Assembly: GCA_041937175.2 (NCBI GenBank)
Contig: CP166615.1
Coordinates: forward strand, 2,752,001 to 2,816,000
Length of the DNA stretch: 64,000 bases
Reading direction: 5' to 3'
Source: Limnothrix sp. BL-A-16
Lineage (GTDB): Bacteria; Cyanobacteriota; Cyanobacteriia; CACIAM-69d
The notes beneath the pieces were generated by a model. It was not told the origin of the DNA. It ran no database searches and was given only the letters and a program-made list of their open reading frames with translations. A program made the position numbers and the translations under genes. Below are positions 19,878 to 31,039 of the stretch, piece by piece; positions within the stretch are counted from its first letter, which is position 1; each line of letters opens with the position of its first letter.

Positions 19878-21755
19878 TTAGCTCCAGAACGGACCGTCTA
19901 ACGCCGACTGGGGCCGCAGCAATTGATGGTCGAGCGCATGACCGATCGCTTGGTAAACTGTTTTTTCTTCAAACAGGCTCACCAGCACCGGATCCAGCCG
20001 ATTAATTTGGGCCTCCTGTCGCAGAATCGTGAGGGCAGAACTGGTGGAAATTGCCCGTTTGTAGGGGCGATCGGCCGCCGTCAACGCATCGTAAACATCC
20101 GCGATCGACATAATGCGCGTTTGAATCGGAATTTCACCCGCCTGAAGTCCTCGGGGATAGCCCGAGCCATCCAGCTTTTCGTGGTGGCCATAGGCAATTT
20201 CTGGCACTTGACGCAGATAGCTCGTCCAGGGAATGCGATTCAGGAATTGGTAAGTGTGGGTCACGTGGGACTGAATCGCGTTGCGTTCCGCACTGGTCAA
20301 CGTGCCTCGGGGAACGGTGAGTTGCTCAATTTCCGCCGCCGTCACCAGGGGTTTTTGTTGCCCATCCACATCGCGGTAGGTGTAACTCGCCAATTCCTGA
20401 AGCTGGGCCAGCGGTTCCGCTTCTAGTACCTGCGGCTCATTGGCTTCTAGGAGTAATGTCCAATATTGATCCAATTCATCCAAGGCCGCCGTTAGCTCCG
20501 AGTCCAGGCGATCGAGTGGGTTCACCGCCACCGCACTGGCCATCGTTTGATGAGGGGTTTGGGGGGCCATAGCTGGGGACACCCTGGCAGCCGCTAGCCC
20601 ATGGCCGTTCGACTCCGCCAGCTTAGAAACCCCAGGACTAGCCCCCCCATTCGGGGACTCAGAAGCCGACGATCGGCTTTGATAAGCCGTTAATAATTCC
20701 GGGTGCTCAACCCAGTAGCGGTACTTCACCTGCAAGCAATCCAGTTCCAGCGTCCGCCGAGCCAGGGCAAACCGGTGACGAATCACCTCCAGTTGATCGG
20801 GATAGAGCTTTTTCTGTTTCACCAACACCGCTTCGGGCACACAGACCTTACCAAAGTCGTGCAACAGGCTGGCATAGCGAATTTCTTGAATTTGGCGAGG
20901 GGTGAAGTAGGTGGCCGCCAAGGGGCCCGTGTGGATTTCGTTCACCACTTCGCACAACCGCACCGCCAAGGTGGCCACCCGCTCCGAATGGCCGGAGGTG
21001 CAAGGATCTCGAGACTCGATCGCCTGAACCGCCGCCCGCACAAACCCCTCAAACAGCGCTTCGATACTTTCCTGTAGATTGCTGCGTTCGATCGAAATGG
21101 CCGCCAAACTGGCCAGGGCCTGCACCACGCGCTCTTCCCATTCCGTATAGGGACGGGTCACCTCCATCGCATTCCAAGGATCCACGATCGCCCGAGGATC
21201 AATTTTGCGATTAATCAATTGCAACACCCCGATCGTTTCGCCGCTGAGGTTTTGCATGGGCACCACAATCACCGATCGGGTTCGGTAGGAAAAGCCGCTA
21301 TCGAAGTTGTGATTGAACTGGTAGGGAACCTCCGCTGGCAAGCAGTAAGCATCGGGAATGCTCAGGCTTTTGCCCGTGAGCGCCACATAGCCCGCCAAGC
21401 TGCGTCGGGCCAGGGGCATAGCGAATTCCCGAAACGAGGCATTGGGCTGCGAGGCATTTTGGGCAACTTTGAAAATTAGCTTGGGCGTGTCATCACTGCG
21501 ATCGATCAAATAGACGCTACCCGCATCACTCCAAGTCAGCTCTCGGCAAGTGGTGAGAATCAGCGCCAACAATTCATCCAGGTCGCTAACCGCCGATAGG
21601 GCCGTGGCGATCGCCAGCAACTCTTCAACCAAAGAAGCTTGGCTGGCTGCTTCCTGCAAGAAATCCCGTTCGCCCCAAATAGAAACTGAATTCACCGATT
21701 CGCTCGATAGCATAACAGGGTGGGAAGGGAAGTTTAGTTGTTGAAAACGATGCAA
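19878..21755 (-). CDS. GAF + HD-GYP cyclic di-GMP phosphodiesterase
   Basis: N-terminal GAF (DAGSVYL...GVLQLIN); GHSERV, LLHDFGK, HHEKLDGSGYP, IADVYDALT..RPYK; start uncertain. Confidence 0.93.
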   Translation of the reverse strand: MHRFQQLNFPSHPVMLSSESVNSVSIWGERDFLQEAASQASLVEELLAIATALSAVSDLDELLALILTTCRELTWSDAGSVYLIDRSDDTPKLIFKVAQNASQPNASFREFAMPLARRSLAGYVALTGKSLSIPDAYCLPAEVPYQFNHNFDSGFSYRTRSVIVVPMQNLSGETIGVLQLINRKIDPRAIVDPWNAMEVTRPYTEWEERVVQALASLAAISIERSNLQESIEALFEGFVRAAVQAIESRDPCTSGHSERVATLAVRLCEVVNEIHTGPLAATYFTPRQIQEIRYASLLHDFGKVCVPEAVLVKQKKLYPDQLEVIRHRFALARRTLELDCLQVKYRYWVEHPELLTAYQSRSSASESPNGGASPGVSKLAESNGHGLAAARVSPAMAPQTPHQTMASAVAVNPLDRLDSELTAALDELDQYWTLLLEANEPQVLEAEPLAQLQELASYTYRDVDGQQKPLVTAAEIEQLTVPRGTLTSAERNAIQSHVTHTYQFLNRIPWTSYLRQVPEIAYGHHEKLDGSGYPRGLQAGEIPIQTRIMSIADVYDALTAADRPYKRAISTSSALTILRQEAQINRLDPVLVSLFEEKTVYQAIGHALDHQLLRPQSALDGPFWS

Positions 21756-22047
21756 AACCCCCTCAGAGACTGGTCATCAATCTGCAGTCAAACCTTGCAG
21801 TCAAACACACTTACCAAGATCGCAGGAATAATGCATCAAAGAATGACAAATGATAGGACTGGTGCTGCCTAGTAACTTAGCAATCCAGTCTGAAGTAAAA
21901 TGCAGATGATCAATTTAGGATTGCAGCGAAAGAGTATCTGATTAGCTGGAGAAATAGGCAATTTCAGATAGTTTTTTCCCAATTCTCCTGTTTTCAGCCT
22001 CTTGCCGGGTTGACCTCGGCAATTTGTCCTCGTTCCGTTCATCCTTA

Positions 22048-22177
22048 GAGGATGTCTGAAAAGCTCAATGGCTAGCTTGTGGGTTTTACCCACTGACGAC
22101 GACAAGGGGCTTAAGCCCCTTGCCCCGACGACGATTATTACTTGACCTGTGCCAAGCAATACTTTTCAAACATCCTC
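22048..22177 (+). mobile_element. MITE family B
   Basis: GAGGATGTCTGAAAAG...CTTTTCAAACATCCTC; TTA duplication; perfect core palindrome at 22103-22122. Confidence 0.88.
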
Positions 22178-22456
22178 TTAGCCTAACTGATCAATCTTGG
22201 CAGCCAAATCAAAATCCTTGGCCGTCAAGCCGCCTTCATCGTGAGTGCTGAGGGTGATCGTCACTTTGTTATAGCTGATTTCCAAATCGGGATGGTGGTT
22301 GGCCGCTTCGGCGGGTTCCACAAGCTGATTGACAAAGGCGATCGCCGTGATGAAGTCCGCGAACCGACGACAACAAACGATGGTGCTTCCCTCTACCGTC
22401 CAGTTGGGCAGAGCGGTCAGGCGGTCTTGAATTTCGGATGCAGTCAGAAGCGCCAT
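22178..22456 (-). CDS. phhB: pterin-4a-carbinolamine dehydratase
   Basis: AE.ANHHPDL.ISYNKV...LSTHDEGGLT.KDF.LA..ID. Confidence 0.95.
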   Translation of the reverse strand: MALLTASEIQDRLTALPNWTVEGSTIVCCRRFADFITAIAFVNQLVEPAEAANHHPDLEISYNKVTITLSTHDEGGLTAKDFDLAAKIDQLG

Positions 22457-23159
22457 ATTTTTGATTTCACCCCGCAGTGGTTTTGAACTGATCTCGGATC
22501 CAGGATTTTGACGTGAGGTCTTGAATTAAAGTTACTGGATTCGTCCTGGGGAAGGAAGATCGATCGACCACTTTGCACTAAATGCGGAATCTTTAGCCAA
22601 AATGCTGGATCACCATCGATTTTGGAGATTTTCAGAACCCTGTTTGGCGCAGAATTTCTGAACTTGCTAATTAACAGATCTACAGTTGACAGATCCCCAC
22701 GGTTGACGGATCCCCATTTATAAATCATTGACAGATTCGTTGCAGATTCATTAAAGGCAGATTGAGAACAGATCCTGAGTTGATCATGAACGGATCTGGG
22801 TAACGCTTGAACTCAACTCAAACCAAGGTTGAGCCAGGCTGAACCAGACAGACATCAATTCCTCATCGATCCTTGATCGATGGTTGCCCAGGGCTGAGGC
22901 GATCGCACAGGGACGGCCACCACATGATCCCCAGGCCTGATGTAGGTGGCAGAACCCCAGGGAATTCGGCACAATCGTAGGCTAGGATTCGCGAGTGGCT
23001 GCAAAGGGGGAGCACCAAGCGCCCGCCGCACCACTTGGCCCTGTTGGCAACTCGGAAACCGGTTCCTGAACAAGTTCAAGAGCCAGCTCAAGAGCCAGCT
23101 CAAGAGCAAGTTCAGGAATTTGTGCCGTAACTTGTGCCGTTTACTGTCTTCCTTTCCCC

Positions 23160-25238
23160 ATGACTCTTTTTCCCCAGCCGAATTCTGCGGATTCTGGATC
23201 AACGGACTCGGCATCAATGGATCCTGCATCAACGTTTTCGCGTCGCACAGCTTTGCAGTTGCTTGGTGTGGGTGCGGTGGGCAGCGCCCTCGGCTACTCG
23301 CGGTTCATGAAGCCGGAGCCTAGTCAATATCAGCCCGATCGCCTGACATTGCCAACGCGGTTACCGGACGATCGCCCCAAACGGGTGGCTGTGGTCGGCG
23401 GTGGCTTGGCGGGTTTGGCAGCGGCCTATGAGTTGAGCCGACGCGGATTTGTGGTGACGCTACTGGAGCGATCGCCCCACTTGGGCGGCAAAATCGCCAG
23501 TTGGCCCATCACGGTCAATGGTGAATCGCTGATGATGGAGCATGGGTTCCATGGCTTTTTCCCGCAGTACTACAACTTGTGGGCCCTGACGGAGGAAATG
23601 AACATCCGTCAGGATTTTCTGTCCCTAGAGCGCTATTCAGTGCTGTACAAGGATGAAACCTACGCGCCGGAAGTGTTTCGCCCCACCCATTCATCCTTCC
23701 CTTGGAATATTGTCGATTTGGCCATTTCTTCGCCGAATCGGTTTCGTTGGGGCTTAAATCTCACCAGTCCTGCCCATTGGGCCGTGTTTCGGGCCATTAC
23801 GGGGTTTGAACCCACGAAGACCTACGAGGAACTTGACTCGATCGCCGTGACAGACTGGGCAGCCAATGACTTCCCCAAGGGGCTATATGACCTGTATTTC
23901 CTACCCTTTGGCAAATCCACCCTCAACTCGCCGGATGTGCTGAGTGCGGGCGAGTTAATGCAGTTTTTCCATTTTTATTTCTTTGGCAATCCGGAGGGGC
24001 TGGCCTTTAACGGCACGAAGCAGGACATGGGCCGCACGTTGGTGGAGCCGATGATGCGGGCGATCGAGGCCAATGGGGGCAAAGTCATCGCCAATGCTCA
24101 GGTCGATCGGGTGGCGTGGCAGGATCAACAAATCACGTCCCTGAGCTATCGCCAAACGGGATCCGCCATTCCAGTTCCGTTCTGGGTCGATCGCCACAGT
24201 TCGCTGAATGAAGCCAGCACCCAAGCCACTGCCCAGCGTCCAGAAACCCAGGAGGCTGCGGCCACCGAGCAGCCGGTCACCAAGCAGGCGGTCACAGCTC
24301 AACCGCTAGCGCATCGCCCGGAATATTTTGGGGGTGGCGATGAGGTCTATGCGGTGGCGGAGGGATCGGCGCTGTCGTTAACCTGCACCCACCAGGGCTG
24401 TACGGTGGCTCCCCAGGCGGACGGCACGTTCCAATGTCCTTGCCATGGGGCCCGGTTCGATCGCGAGGGCAAGGTGCTTCAGGGGCCCGCTACCAAGCCC
24501 CTAGCTCGCTACAACGTGGAGCAACGATCGGGCGATCGGGTGCAATTGGCGGCCGCAGCGGTCGATCAGACTCCGAGCCAGGTGGTGGAAGCGGACTATT
24601 TTGTGTTCGCAGCGGATGTGAAAGGCATTCGCCATCTGTTTGACATTGCCGAAGGGGATGTGGCCGAACCCACCCGATCGCAAGTGGCCCAGCTCGCCGT
24701 GGCAGATCCCTTTGCGGTGGCTCGCATTTGGTTCGATCGCGATTTTGATTGGGATCAAAGCGAATTCACCTCCCTCTCTGGCTACCGACTGACGGACAGC
24801 ATCACCCGCTATCACAAAATCCAAGAGGACTACAAAGCCTGGGCCGATCGCACAGGGGGCAGCGTGGTTGAACTCCATGCCTACTGCTACAAAGAAGCCG
24901 AATTCCCCACCCAAGAAGCCCTGCTCACCACCTTTGAGCAGGAACTATACGAGTTGGTGCCAGCCCTCAAGGGAGCCACAATTTTGCATCGCGAGCTGGT
25001 GAATCAAAAGAATTTCTCTGGCTTTCCCCCGGGCAGCTATTCCCAACGCCCCGCCACGCGATCGGGCGCAAGCAACCTCATGTTTGCGGGTGATTGGGTA
25101 AAAATGCCCTTCCCTTGCGGTCTGATGGAACGAGCCATTAGCAGCGGCCTGCTGGCAGCCAATGAAATTTGCCATGAGGAAGGGTTACAACGCCGCACCC
25201 TGTTGACGGTTCGGCCGGAGGGGGTGCTGCAAATTTAG
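23160..25238 (+). CDS. FAD-dependent carotenoid desaturase/methylase with an inserted Rieske domain (CruE/CrtU-like)
   Basis: SRR twin-arginine-like N-terminus; GGGLAGL FAD motif; [11 protein letters not shown]; Rieske CTHQGC...CPCHG; AGDWV...GLMERA. Confidence 0.8.
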   Translation: MTLFPQPNSADSGSTDSASMDPASTFSRRTALQLLGVGAVGSALGYSRFMKPEPSQYQPDRLTLPTRLPDDRPKRVAVVGGGLAGLAAAYELSRRGFVVTLLERSPHLGGKIASWPITVNGESLMMEHGFHGFFPQYYNLWALTEEMNIRQDFLSLERYSVLYKDETYAPEVFRPTHSSFPWNIVDLAISSPNRFRWGLNLTSPAHWAVFRAITGFEPTKTYEELDSIAVTDWAANDFPKGLYDLYFLPFGKSTLNSPDVLSAGELMQFFHFYFFGNPEGLAFNGTKQDMGRTLVEPMMRAIEANGGKVIANAQVDRVAWQDQQITSLSYRQTGSAIPVPFWVDRHSSLNEASTQATAQRPETQEAAATEQPVTKQAVTAQPLAHRPEYFGGGDEVYAVAEGSALSLTCTHQGCTVAPQADGTFQCPCHGARFDREGKVLQGPATKPLARYNVEQRSGDRVQLAAAAVDQTPSQVVEADYFVFAADVKGIRHLFDIAEGDVAEPTRSQVAQLAVADPFAVARIWFDRDFDWDQSEFTSLSGYRLTDSITRYHKIQEDYKAWADRTGGSVVELHAYCYKEAEFPTQEALLTTFEQELYELVPALKGATILHRELVNQKNFSGFPPGSYSQRPATRSGASNLMFAGDWVKMPFPCGLMERAISSGLLAANEICHEEGLQRRTLLTVRPEGVLQI

Positions 25239-25262
25239 AATCCTCAGCTCAGAGATCCCAAC

Positions 25263-25410
25263 CTAGTAGCATGACAGGCTTAATACATTGGGTCAAAGTT
25301 GCGGAGCCAGTTGTGGGGACAAGGGGCTTGAGCATCTTGCTGCTTAACGATCGGGTGACGGTAACAGCCATGTCATTTAACCCAGCGAATTAAGGCAGCC
25401 ACGCTACTAG
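25263..25410. mobile_element. MITE family D (CTAGTAGC...GCTACTAG ends)
   Basis: Imperfect 22-bp TIR CTAGTAGCATGACAGGCTTAAT / ATTAAGGCAGCCACGCTACTAG (18/22 matches); core variant CAAGGGGCTTGAGCATCTTG at 25320-25339; only one copy in the window. Confidence 0.65.
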
Positions 25411-25882
25411 AGCGCCCTCGAACTCAGACCACCGATCGCCCTGATCGGGGATATGAAGCGGGGGTGGGAATTGATGGCGTAATTAGTGGCGCAAAGGCAT
25501 GGTGGGAATCAAGGGCAAAAACTGCCAGACATCCCATGAGCGGCATATGAGTGGCATAGTCTGCCGGGCAACTGGCCCAACCCCCTTAGCCCAGATGGGG
25601 GGCTGGCACTAGCCCCATGGCGCGCTAAAGGGCAATTCCTATAATCGCGGCAACTGGAGGGGCTAACCCCTCAGCCCATATCCATGGAGACCTGTTGAGA
25701 CCTGTGGAACCTGGTTAAATCCGCTGGCAACCGATTGCCCACGGTTCAACCCATCACGATCGAACCCACAGCTCAACCCATCGCCCAACAGGTCTCCATT
25801 GATGGGCGGCTCAACAGTTGCTTGTTTTGGTGTTGTCTGTTTTTGGCTGTCTGTTGCCGTTGATTGTGGAGGAGTGAAAACC

Positions 25883-26632
25883 ATGCCTTTGATGTTGGAT
25901 CCCAAGCGGGCTGGCCTGGCCCTGGCGTTCACGATCGGGTTAGGAGCCGTTGGCCAACCGGCCCAAGCAACCCCTGCTGCTGAGCTGACGGAATCATTGG
26001 CGGCAGACTTGCCCGCCACCGAGCAGGACAGCCGCCAGCCGATCGCCCTTGATCAATTCGGTGCGCCCTCCACTCAGGCCAACCGGCTACAGGAAACGGT
26101 GCCCACCCTCGCCGTTGCCCCGGCCGCCTTGGAAGCGGACTCGCATCTCGATGGTCAGCTCGCTCAACAGCCCGATCGCGCCGCCAATGGCCGCCGCACT
26201 AGCGGCAAATTCAGCTACATCGGTGTTGGTGGGGCGATCGGTCTGAGCGGCGATGACGACTCCAGCGCCCTGGGTGAAGGTGGCTTTGCCCTTCTGAGCA
26301 AAACGGCTTTCAGCGAAAACCTTTCCCTACACAACGCCAGCATTTTGGGCAATGGTGGCACTTCGGTAATTGCCCTAACCGCCGATTTTCCCATTCGCAA
26401 TCAGGAAACGGGCGACATCTCGATCGTGCCCTTCGTGGGTGGCGGCTTGGCCATCAGTGACCTCTTCGGCGATGACACGGACGTGGGCTTTGCGCTCACG
26501 GGCGGCATTGATGTCCCCCTCAGCTACCGCTGGACAGCCACCGGACGAGTGGCCGCCGCCTTCTTAGACGACAACACCGATGTGGCCCTCCTGTTGGGCG
26601 TGGGCTACACGTTCACGGGCTTTTTCAAATAG
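25883..26632 (+). CDS. small outer-membrane beta-barrel protein
   Basis: GGAG RBS; signal peptide ending AQA; SYIGVGG.IGL, PFVGGG, LTGGIDVPL, C-terminal LLGVGYTF. Confidence 0.8.
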   Translation: MPLMLDPKRAGLALAFTIGLGAVGQPAQATPAAELTESLAADLPATEQDSRQPIALDQFGAPSTQANRLQETVPTLAVAPAALEADSHLDGQLAQQPDRAANGRRTSGKFSYIGVGGAIGLSGDDDSSALGEGGFALLSKTAFSENLSLHNASILGNGGTSVIALTADFPIRNQETGDISIVPFVGGGLAISDLFGDDTDVGFALTGGIDVPLSYRWTATGRVAAAFLDDNTDVALLLGVGYTFTGFFK

Positions 26633-26771
26633 CGCCCCGTGGCTGAAACCATCCTGAAACCACTAAGGCCCCATAACCCCAAAACATCCAAGATTGGGTG
26701 TGCATAGCTGGGAAAGGCCGCGACGGAACTTTTAAACTAGTTCTCTCGCAAGTTCCATGGAGCCTGGGTAA

Positions 26772-27641
26772 ATGACGGTCACCGCCAAACTGGATCGCCT
26801 TCGATCGTTGTTTCAAGAGATGGATCGCGCCCTCATTGCCTATTCCGGCGGCATTGACAGCACCCTCGTCGCCAAGGTGGCCTTTGATGTGCTGGGCGAT
26901 CGCGCAGTGGCCATCACCGCCGAGTCCCCTTCCCTGTTGCCCGATGACTTGCTGGAGGCCCAAGCCCAAGCGGCTGCCATCGGCATTGCCCATGAAATTG
27001 TGCAAACCCATGAGCTAAATAACCCCAACTACGCCGCTAACCCCACCAATCGCTGCTATTTCTGCAAGAGCGAGCTACACGACACCTTAAAGCCGATCGC
27101 GATCGCCCGGGGCTATCCCTACGTGGTGGATGGGGTGAATGCGGATGATCTCCGGGACTACCGACCGGGGATCCAGGCCGCCAAGGAACGAGGCGCGCGA
27201 TCGCCCCTGGCCGAACTGGGGATCAGCAAGCTCGAAGTGCGCGAACTCTCGAAGCAATTGGCCTTGCCCTGGTGGGACAAACCGGCCCAGCCCTGCCTGA
27301 GTTCCCGCTTTCCCTACGGCGAAACCATCACCCTCGAAAAATTGCAGCGGGTGGGTCGAGCCGAGCGCTATCTCCGACAGTTGGGCTATCGCGATTTGCG
27401 GGTGCGTTCTGAGGGCGACACGGCCCGCATTGAACTGCCGCCGGCGCTGATTAAGGACTTTGTGGGGGCGATCGACCTGCCCAACCTGGTCCAAGATTTC
27501 CAAGAACTGGGATTTTTGTATGTTTGCCTGGACTTGGAAGGACTCGTGAGCGGCAAGCTTAACCGCGTCCTAAATTGGCCCCAAGGGGCTGCATCGGTTG
27601 CCACATCAGGCGTTTCCGCCACCGCAGGCCCACAACGCTAG
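26772..27641 (+). CDS. larE: ATP-dependent sacrificial sulfur transferase, LarE-like (TIGR00268)
   Basis: PP-loop AYSGGIDST, NRCYFCK, DYRPG, KPAQPCLSSR.PYG. Confidence 0.93.
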   Translation: MTVTAKLDRLRSLFQEMDRALIAYSGGIDSTLVAKVAFDVLGDRAVAITAESPSLLPDDLLEAQAQAAAIGIAHEIVQTHELNNPNYAANPTNRCYFCKSELHDTLKPIAIARGYPYVVDGVNADDLRDYRPGIQAAKERGARSPLAELGISKLEVRELSKQLALPWWDKPAQPCLSSRFPYGETITLEKLQRVGRAERYLRQLGYRDLRVRSEGDTARIELPPALIKDFVGAIDLPNLVQDFQELGFLYVCLDLEGLVSGKLNRVLNWPQGAASVATSGVSATAGPQR

Positions 27642-27946
27642 GCGAATTACAACCGATCGCTGAGGAAAAGTGCAAAATCGAACTACCATTGCACGAGAAT
27701 GCCCCGCTTGTCGTACCAAAAGCGACAGGTCGATCTAGAATCAGCGTTAGGTTTCTTGGTTAACGATGGGTTAACGTGACCAAAACCCAATGGAGAGCGG
27801 TCACGACCTCCATTGCGGCGGTTGTCATAGAATCCTCAGGAATCTGATCTCCGCCAAATTACCCGGATTCCCGATCGCATCGTTTAAGATGACAGTCGGG
27901 TTCATTTGACTACCCCATTTTGTGCTGTTGAGGAGTGACAACAAAC

Positions 27947-28195
27947 ATGAAATCTACCCTGAAGACTTTGGTTTCCCGCGTTGCCCGTGGTGTTGTGGCT
28001 GCAAGCTTGGTTGCTGGTCTGGCAACCGCTTGCGGTGGTGGCGGCGGTGAAGCCCCTGCTAGCCCCGAAGCCAGCCCCGCTGCTAGCCCCGAAGCCAGCC
28101 CTGCTGCTAGCCCCGCTGCTAGCCCCGAAGCCAGCCCCGCCGCTAGCCCTGCTGCCAGCCCCGCCGCTAGCCCCAGCCCCACCACGACTCCTTAG
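27947..28195 (+). CDS. small lipoprotein made of (A/E)ASP repeats
   Basis: GAGGAG RBS; signal peptide with lipobox LATA-C; G5 linker then about 10 tetrapeptide repeats; followed by a terminator. Confidence 0.8.
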   Translation: MKSTLKTLVSRVARGVVAASLVAGLATACGGGGGEAPASPEASPAASPEASPAASPAASPEASPAASPAASPAASPSPTTTP

Positions 28196-28344
28196 TCTGG
28201 CTAGGGTTGGCGATCGGCTGCTGTGCCTCACCGGATCACAGATTCAGATCACAGATCAATCGTGGGTGATTAGCAAGCGCAGCCGGCTCCAGACAATCTG
28301 AATGGTGCAAGTTTGACTAAACAAATTTGACCCAATCAATTCAT

Positions 28345-28379
28345 AGGGGATGAACTCGTTATGGGTTCATCCCCTTTTT
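28345..28379 (+). terminator. intrinsic terminator
   Basis: GGGGATGAAC-9 nt-GTTCATCCCC followed by TTTTT, between convergent genes. Confidence 0.75.
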
Positions 28380-28447
28380 AAGGCCAAAGCACAGAGGGTC
28401 GGGTGCGGAGGGTCAAAGGGGGAACCGTCAACCCAGCACCCCAAGCG

Positions 28448-29695
28448 CTAACCGACCGTAAAATTAGCCGACTGATTCAGCGCCCCCGGCAACACTCCCA
28501 ACACCACACCCAAATACTGACCATTCACCGCCGAAGTTGGGTCATTGACCTTGATCGCTGTGCCCGTTTTCACCCCCGTTGTGAGGGCCCCGGTGATTTC
28601 CGTGGACACATTAATCGCCACAAACTCAAAACTCAGCTTCTCCAGCGTTAAGCTATCGCTCGTGTTCAGCCGAATTTTGTCTGTTCCCAGCACAAAATCC
28701 GCCACAATATCGGCGCTGTTGGCACTGGTCGCCGTGTTGGACAAGCCCGCCGTGGTGTCGCGATCGGCCCGCAGCACAAAGGAATCAGCCCCCGCGCCCC
28801 CGGTCAGAATATCCTGGCCAAAATCGCCCGACAGTTGATCATCCCCATTGTCCCCAAACAGCAAATCGGAGTTGCGGCCACCATTCACCGTGTCATTGCC
28901 TTCGCCGCCCCGCACCAAATCGTTGCCATCGTTGCCATTGAGAATAATTTCGTTGCCAGCGCCGCCATCAATGCTGTCGGAGTCTTTGCCGCCCCGAATT
29001 TGATCAATGCCATCCCCACCCAGCAACACATCGTTACCCCGGTTGCCGTTGAAGAAATCATTCTCCGAGGAGCCAGTAATGGTGTCGTTGCCATTCAGGC
29101 CCACCACGAAGAAGCCCTTGGTTTCGACCCGCACACCCAAATTGGTGTTGTCTGCATCGTCAGACAGGTAAAACAGGGGCAACCCCGACAGATCATCGCG
29201 TCCTGCGGAAGGGCCGCTAGGAATGCCATTGGGCGAGGCTAGTTCCGCTGTCGTGGGGAAGGTGGGGAACGCGAAGGATTGACTCGTGATGTCACCCACC
29301 GACAGATCCGCCGTCCCGGCGGCCGTGGGCCCCGCAATCACGGCGCTGGCATCATTGGTCACTTGTAGGTTGAACCCCCCAGCGTCGGCGCTGCTGCGGG
29401 CAATTCGCACCACGTACTGGGTTCCCGCTTCGGCGGCAAATTGCACCAAGGAATTTTTGTTGGTGGGCGAAGAGTCGTAGTTATCGGCCACCAGGGTCAA
29501 GGTTGTGCCGCTCTTCTTAAAAACTTGCAGGTAGGGATCGAGGGTGCTGGCATTGGCTGAGGCGACAATTTGGGTGCTGCCTGCCGTCAATCCCGTGATC
29601 GTGTATTCCCCAAAGGGCACAGTGCGTAACGGATAGAGACCGCTGTTATTGGCATCAACGGCATTGATCGTCCCGGCAACAGTGACGGTAGGCAT
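28448..29695 (-). CDS. secreted RTX calcium-binding protein with an N-terminal PPC-like beta-domain
   Basis: Multiple GGxGxD nonapeptides; DPYLQV...DN..S...NSLVQF.A.AG.QYVVR; no Sec signal; C-terminal D.V.DF..G.DKI.L. Confidence 0.85.
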   Translation of the reverse strand: MPTVTVAGTINAVDANNSGLYPLRTVPFGEYTITGLTAGSTQIVASANASTLDPYLQVFKKSGTTLTLVADNYDSSPTNKNSLVQFAAEAGTQYVVRIARSSADAGGFNLQVTNDASAVIAGPTAAGTADLSVGDITSQSFAFPTFPTTAELASPNGIPSGPSAGRDDLSGLPLFYLSDDADNTNLGVRVETKGFFVVGLNGNDTITGSSENDFFNGNRGNDVLLGGDGIDQIRGGKDSDSIDGGAGNEIILNGNDGNDLVRGGEGNDTVNGGRNSDLLFGDNGDDQLSGDFGQDILTGGAGADSFVLRADRDTTAGLSNTATSANSADIVADFVLGTDKIRLNTSDSLTLEKLSFEFVAINVSTEITGALTTGVKTGTAIKVNDPTSAVNGQYLGVVLGVLPGALNQSANFTVG

Positions 29696-30696
29696 GATTC
29701 AACTCCTGGTGATAGGGAAAACTAAACGAAGGACGGCAACAGGCGGGGGCAAACATCCGATCGGGAAGTCGATCGAGGACTGCTCGCACCTGACATCTAC
29801 ATATCGTCATATCGTCACCCAAGCGCCGCCACCCGCTGGCTGTCGTCCAAGGGCCAAGCGACCCCAGGACAGCCTGCGGAAGCGCGGAAGCAAGGCATCC
29901 AAGCGAGTGATGAGCGAGTGATGAAAGCTAATGATGATTGTCGCGAGTTGAGTTGGGCATGATGCGGATGGTTAGCCGCTTCCATGAACGCCACAGCCTG
30001 ACCCAACGTTTAGCGGGCAAAAAACCGGCCTTTTGAGCGGTTTTGCTCGGTAACTGCTGAAGCCAATGACGCAACTGGCCTAGGGTTTGTTTCAGTCGTC
30101 GATCGGGGGCTGCTTTTGAGCCTGCGGTCTGGGGCGGAGAACCTGTTCTCAGATCCTCCAAAATCCGGTTCTACCGTTACGAAATCAGGCGAGCAAGGGG
30201 GTTCAGCCTCTTGTTTAGGGCGCTCCTGCGGCTAGGAATAAGTGTTGTGACAATTTTTGAGGTCATGAGCGGGAATTTTTTGATGCTCGCCCGGCTCGAT
30301 CGCCCCCTTCCCCCTTCGGCAGAGTTGATCGCCCTCCACCCAGCAATACCCCCAAAGGCTGATGGCATAAGTTTCTTTCTTTTGGAATGTCTTAAAAAAA
30401 TCTGAGAACTTTGGCTCTGCAATGGGTCTCAAATCTTAAAGAATTATGAATTTATTGCTTAATAATTGGAGTCAATTGGCATCAAGCATTAGCGGAATTT
30501 ATACACAAAACAGCTTTTTTGAATCGCCAAAGCCTTCTGTTTTGATCAGAAATTTAGCGACAATGAAATTCAGGTTAAAGCGTTCAACTTGACTCAGCTT
30601 GACCCGACTTTTGGACATCGGCTCCCTGACAACAGAACCGAACATAGCCAATTAGTTTTCAATACAAATCTCAATACAAAGCCAGGAGGGGTTGCT

Positions 30697-30879
30697 ATGG
30701 ATAGCGGAGTGACGATTGCTACGCTGTGCGGCATTGGTAGCGGCGCGCTGTGCTTGGTTTTGCCGGGGTTGATTGCCTGGGGTGCTCGCCAGCAGCGGGC
30801 TGAGGTGGAAGAGATGCCCTCGGGATCCCTGCGGTTAGAAGCGGAGTTGGTGGAAGTGGTGGCCCCGATCGACCTGTAA
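30697..30879 (+). CDS. small single-TM hypothetical protein
   Basis: GGAGG RBS; hydrophobic N-terminal half and acidic tail. Confidence 0.5.
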   Translation: MDSGVTIATLCGIGSGALCLVLPGLIAWGARQQRAEVEEMPSGSLRLEAELVEVVAPIDL

Positions 30880-31039
30880 TGTTGTGCGACCCTTTTACAG
30901 GGTGCTGGTCGTTGGTTGTGCCTGTCCTTTTTTCAAGTTTCCAGCTTATTGCTTCCCCGCCCGATCGGTCGATCGAGCGGGGAATTGTTTTCAGCAGCAA
31001 ACTCCATCAAACTCAAAGGAAAAATGGCACAAAGACGAT

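Noticed and set aside
26772..27641. Lactate racemase (lar) cofactor cluster
   Set aside because: Only a larE-like gene is present; stand-alone copies are common in cyanobacteria.
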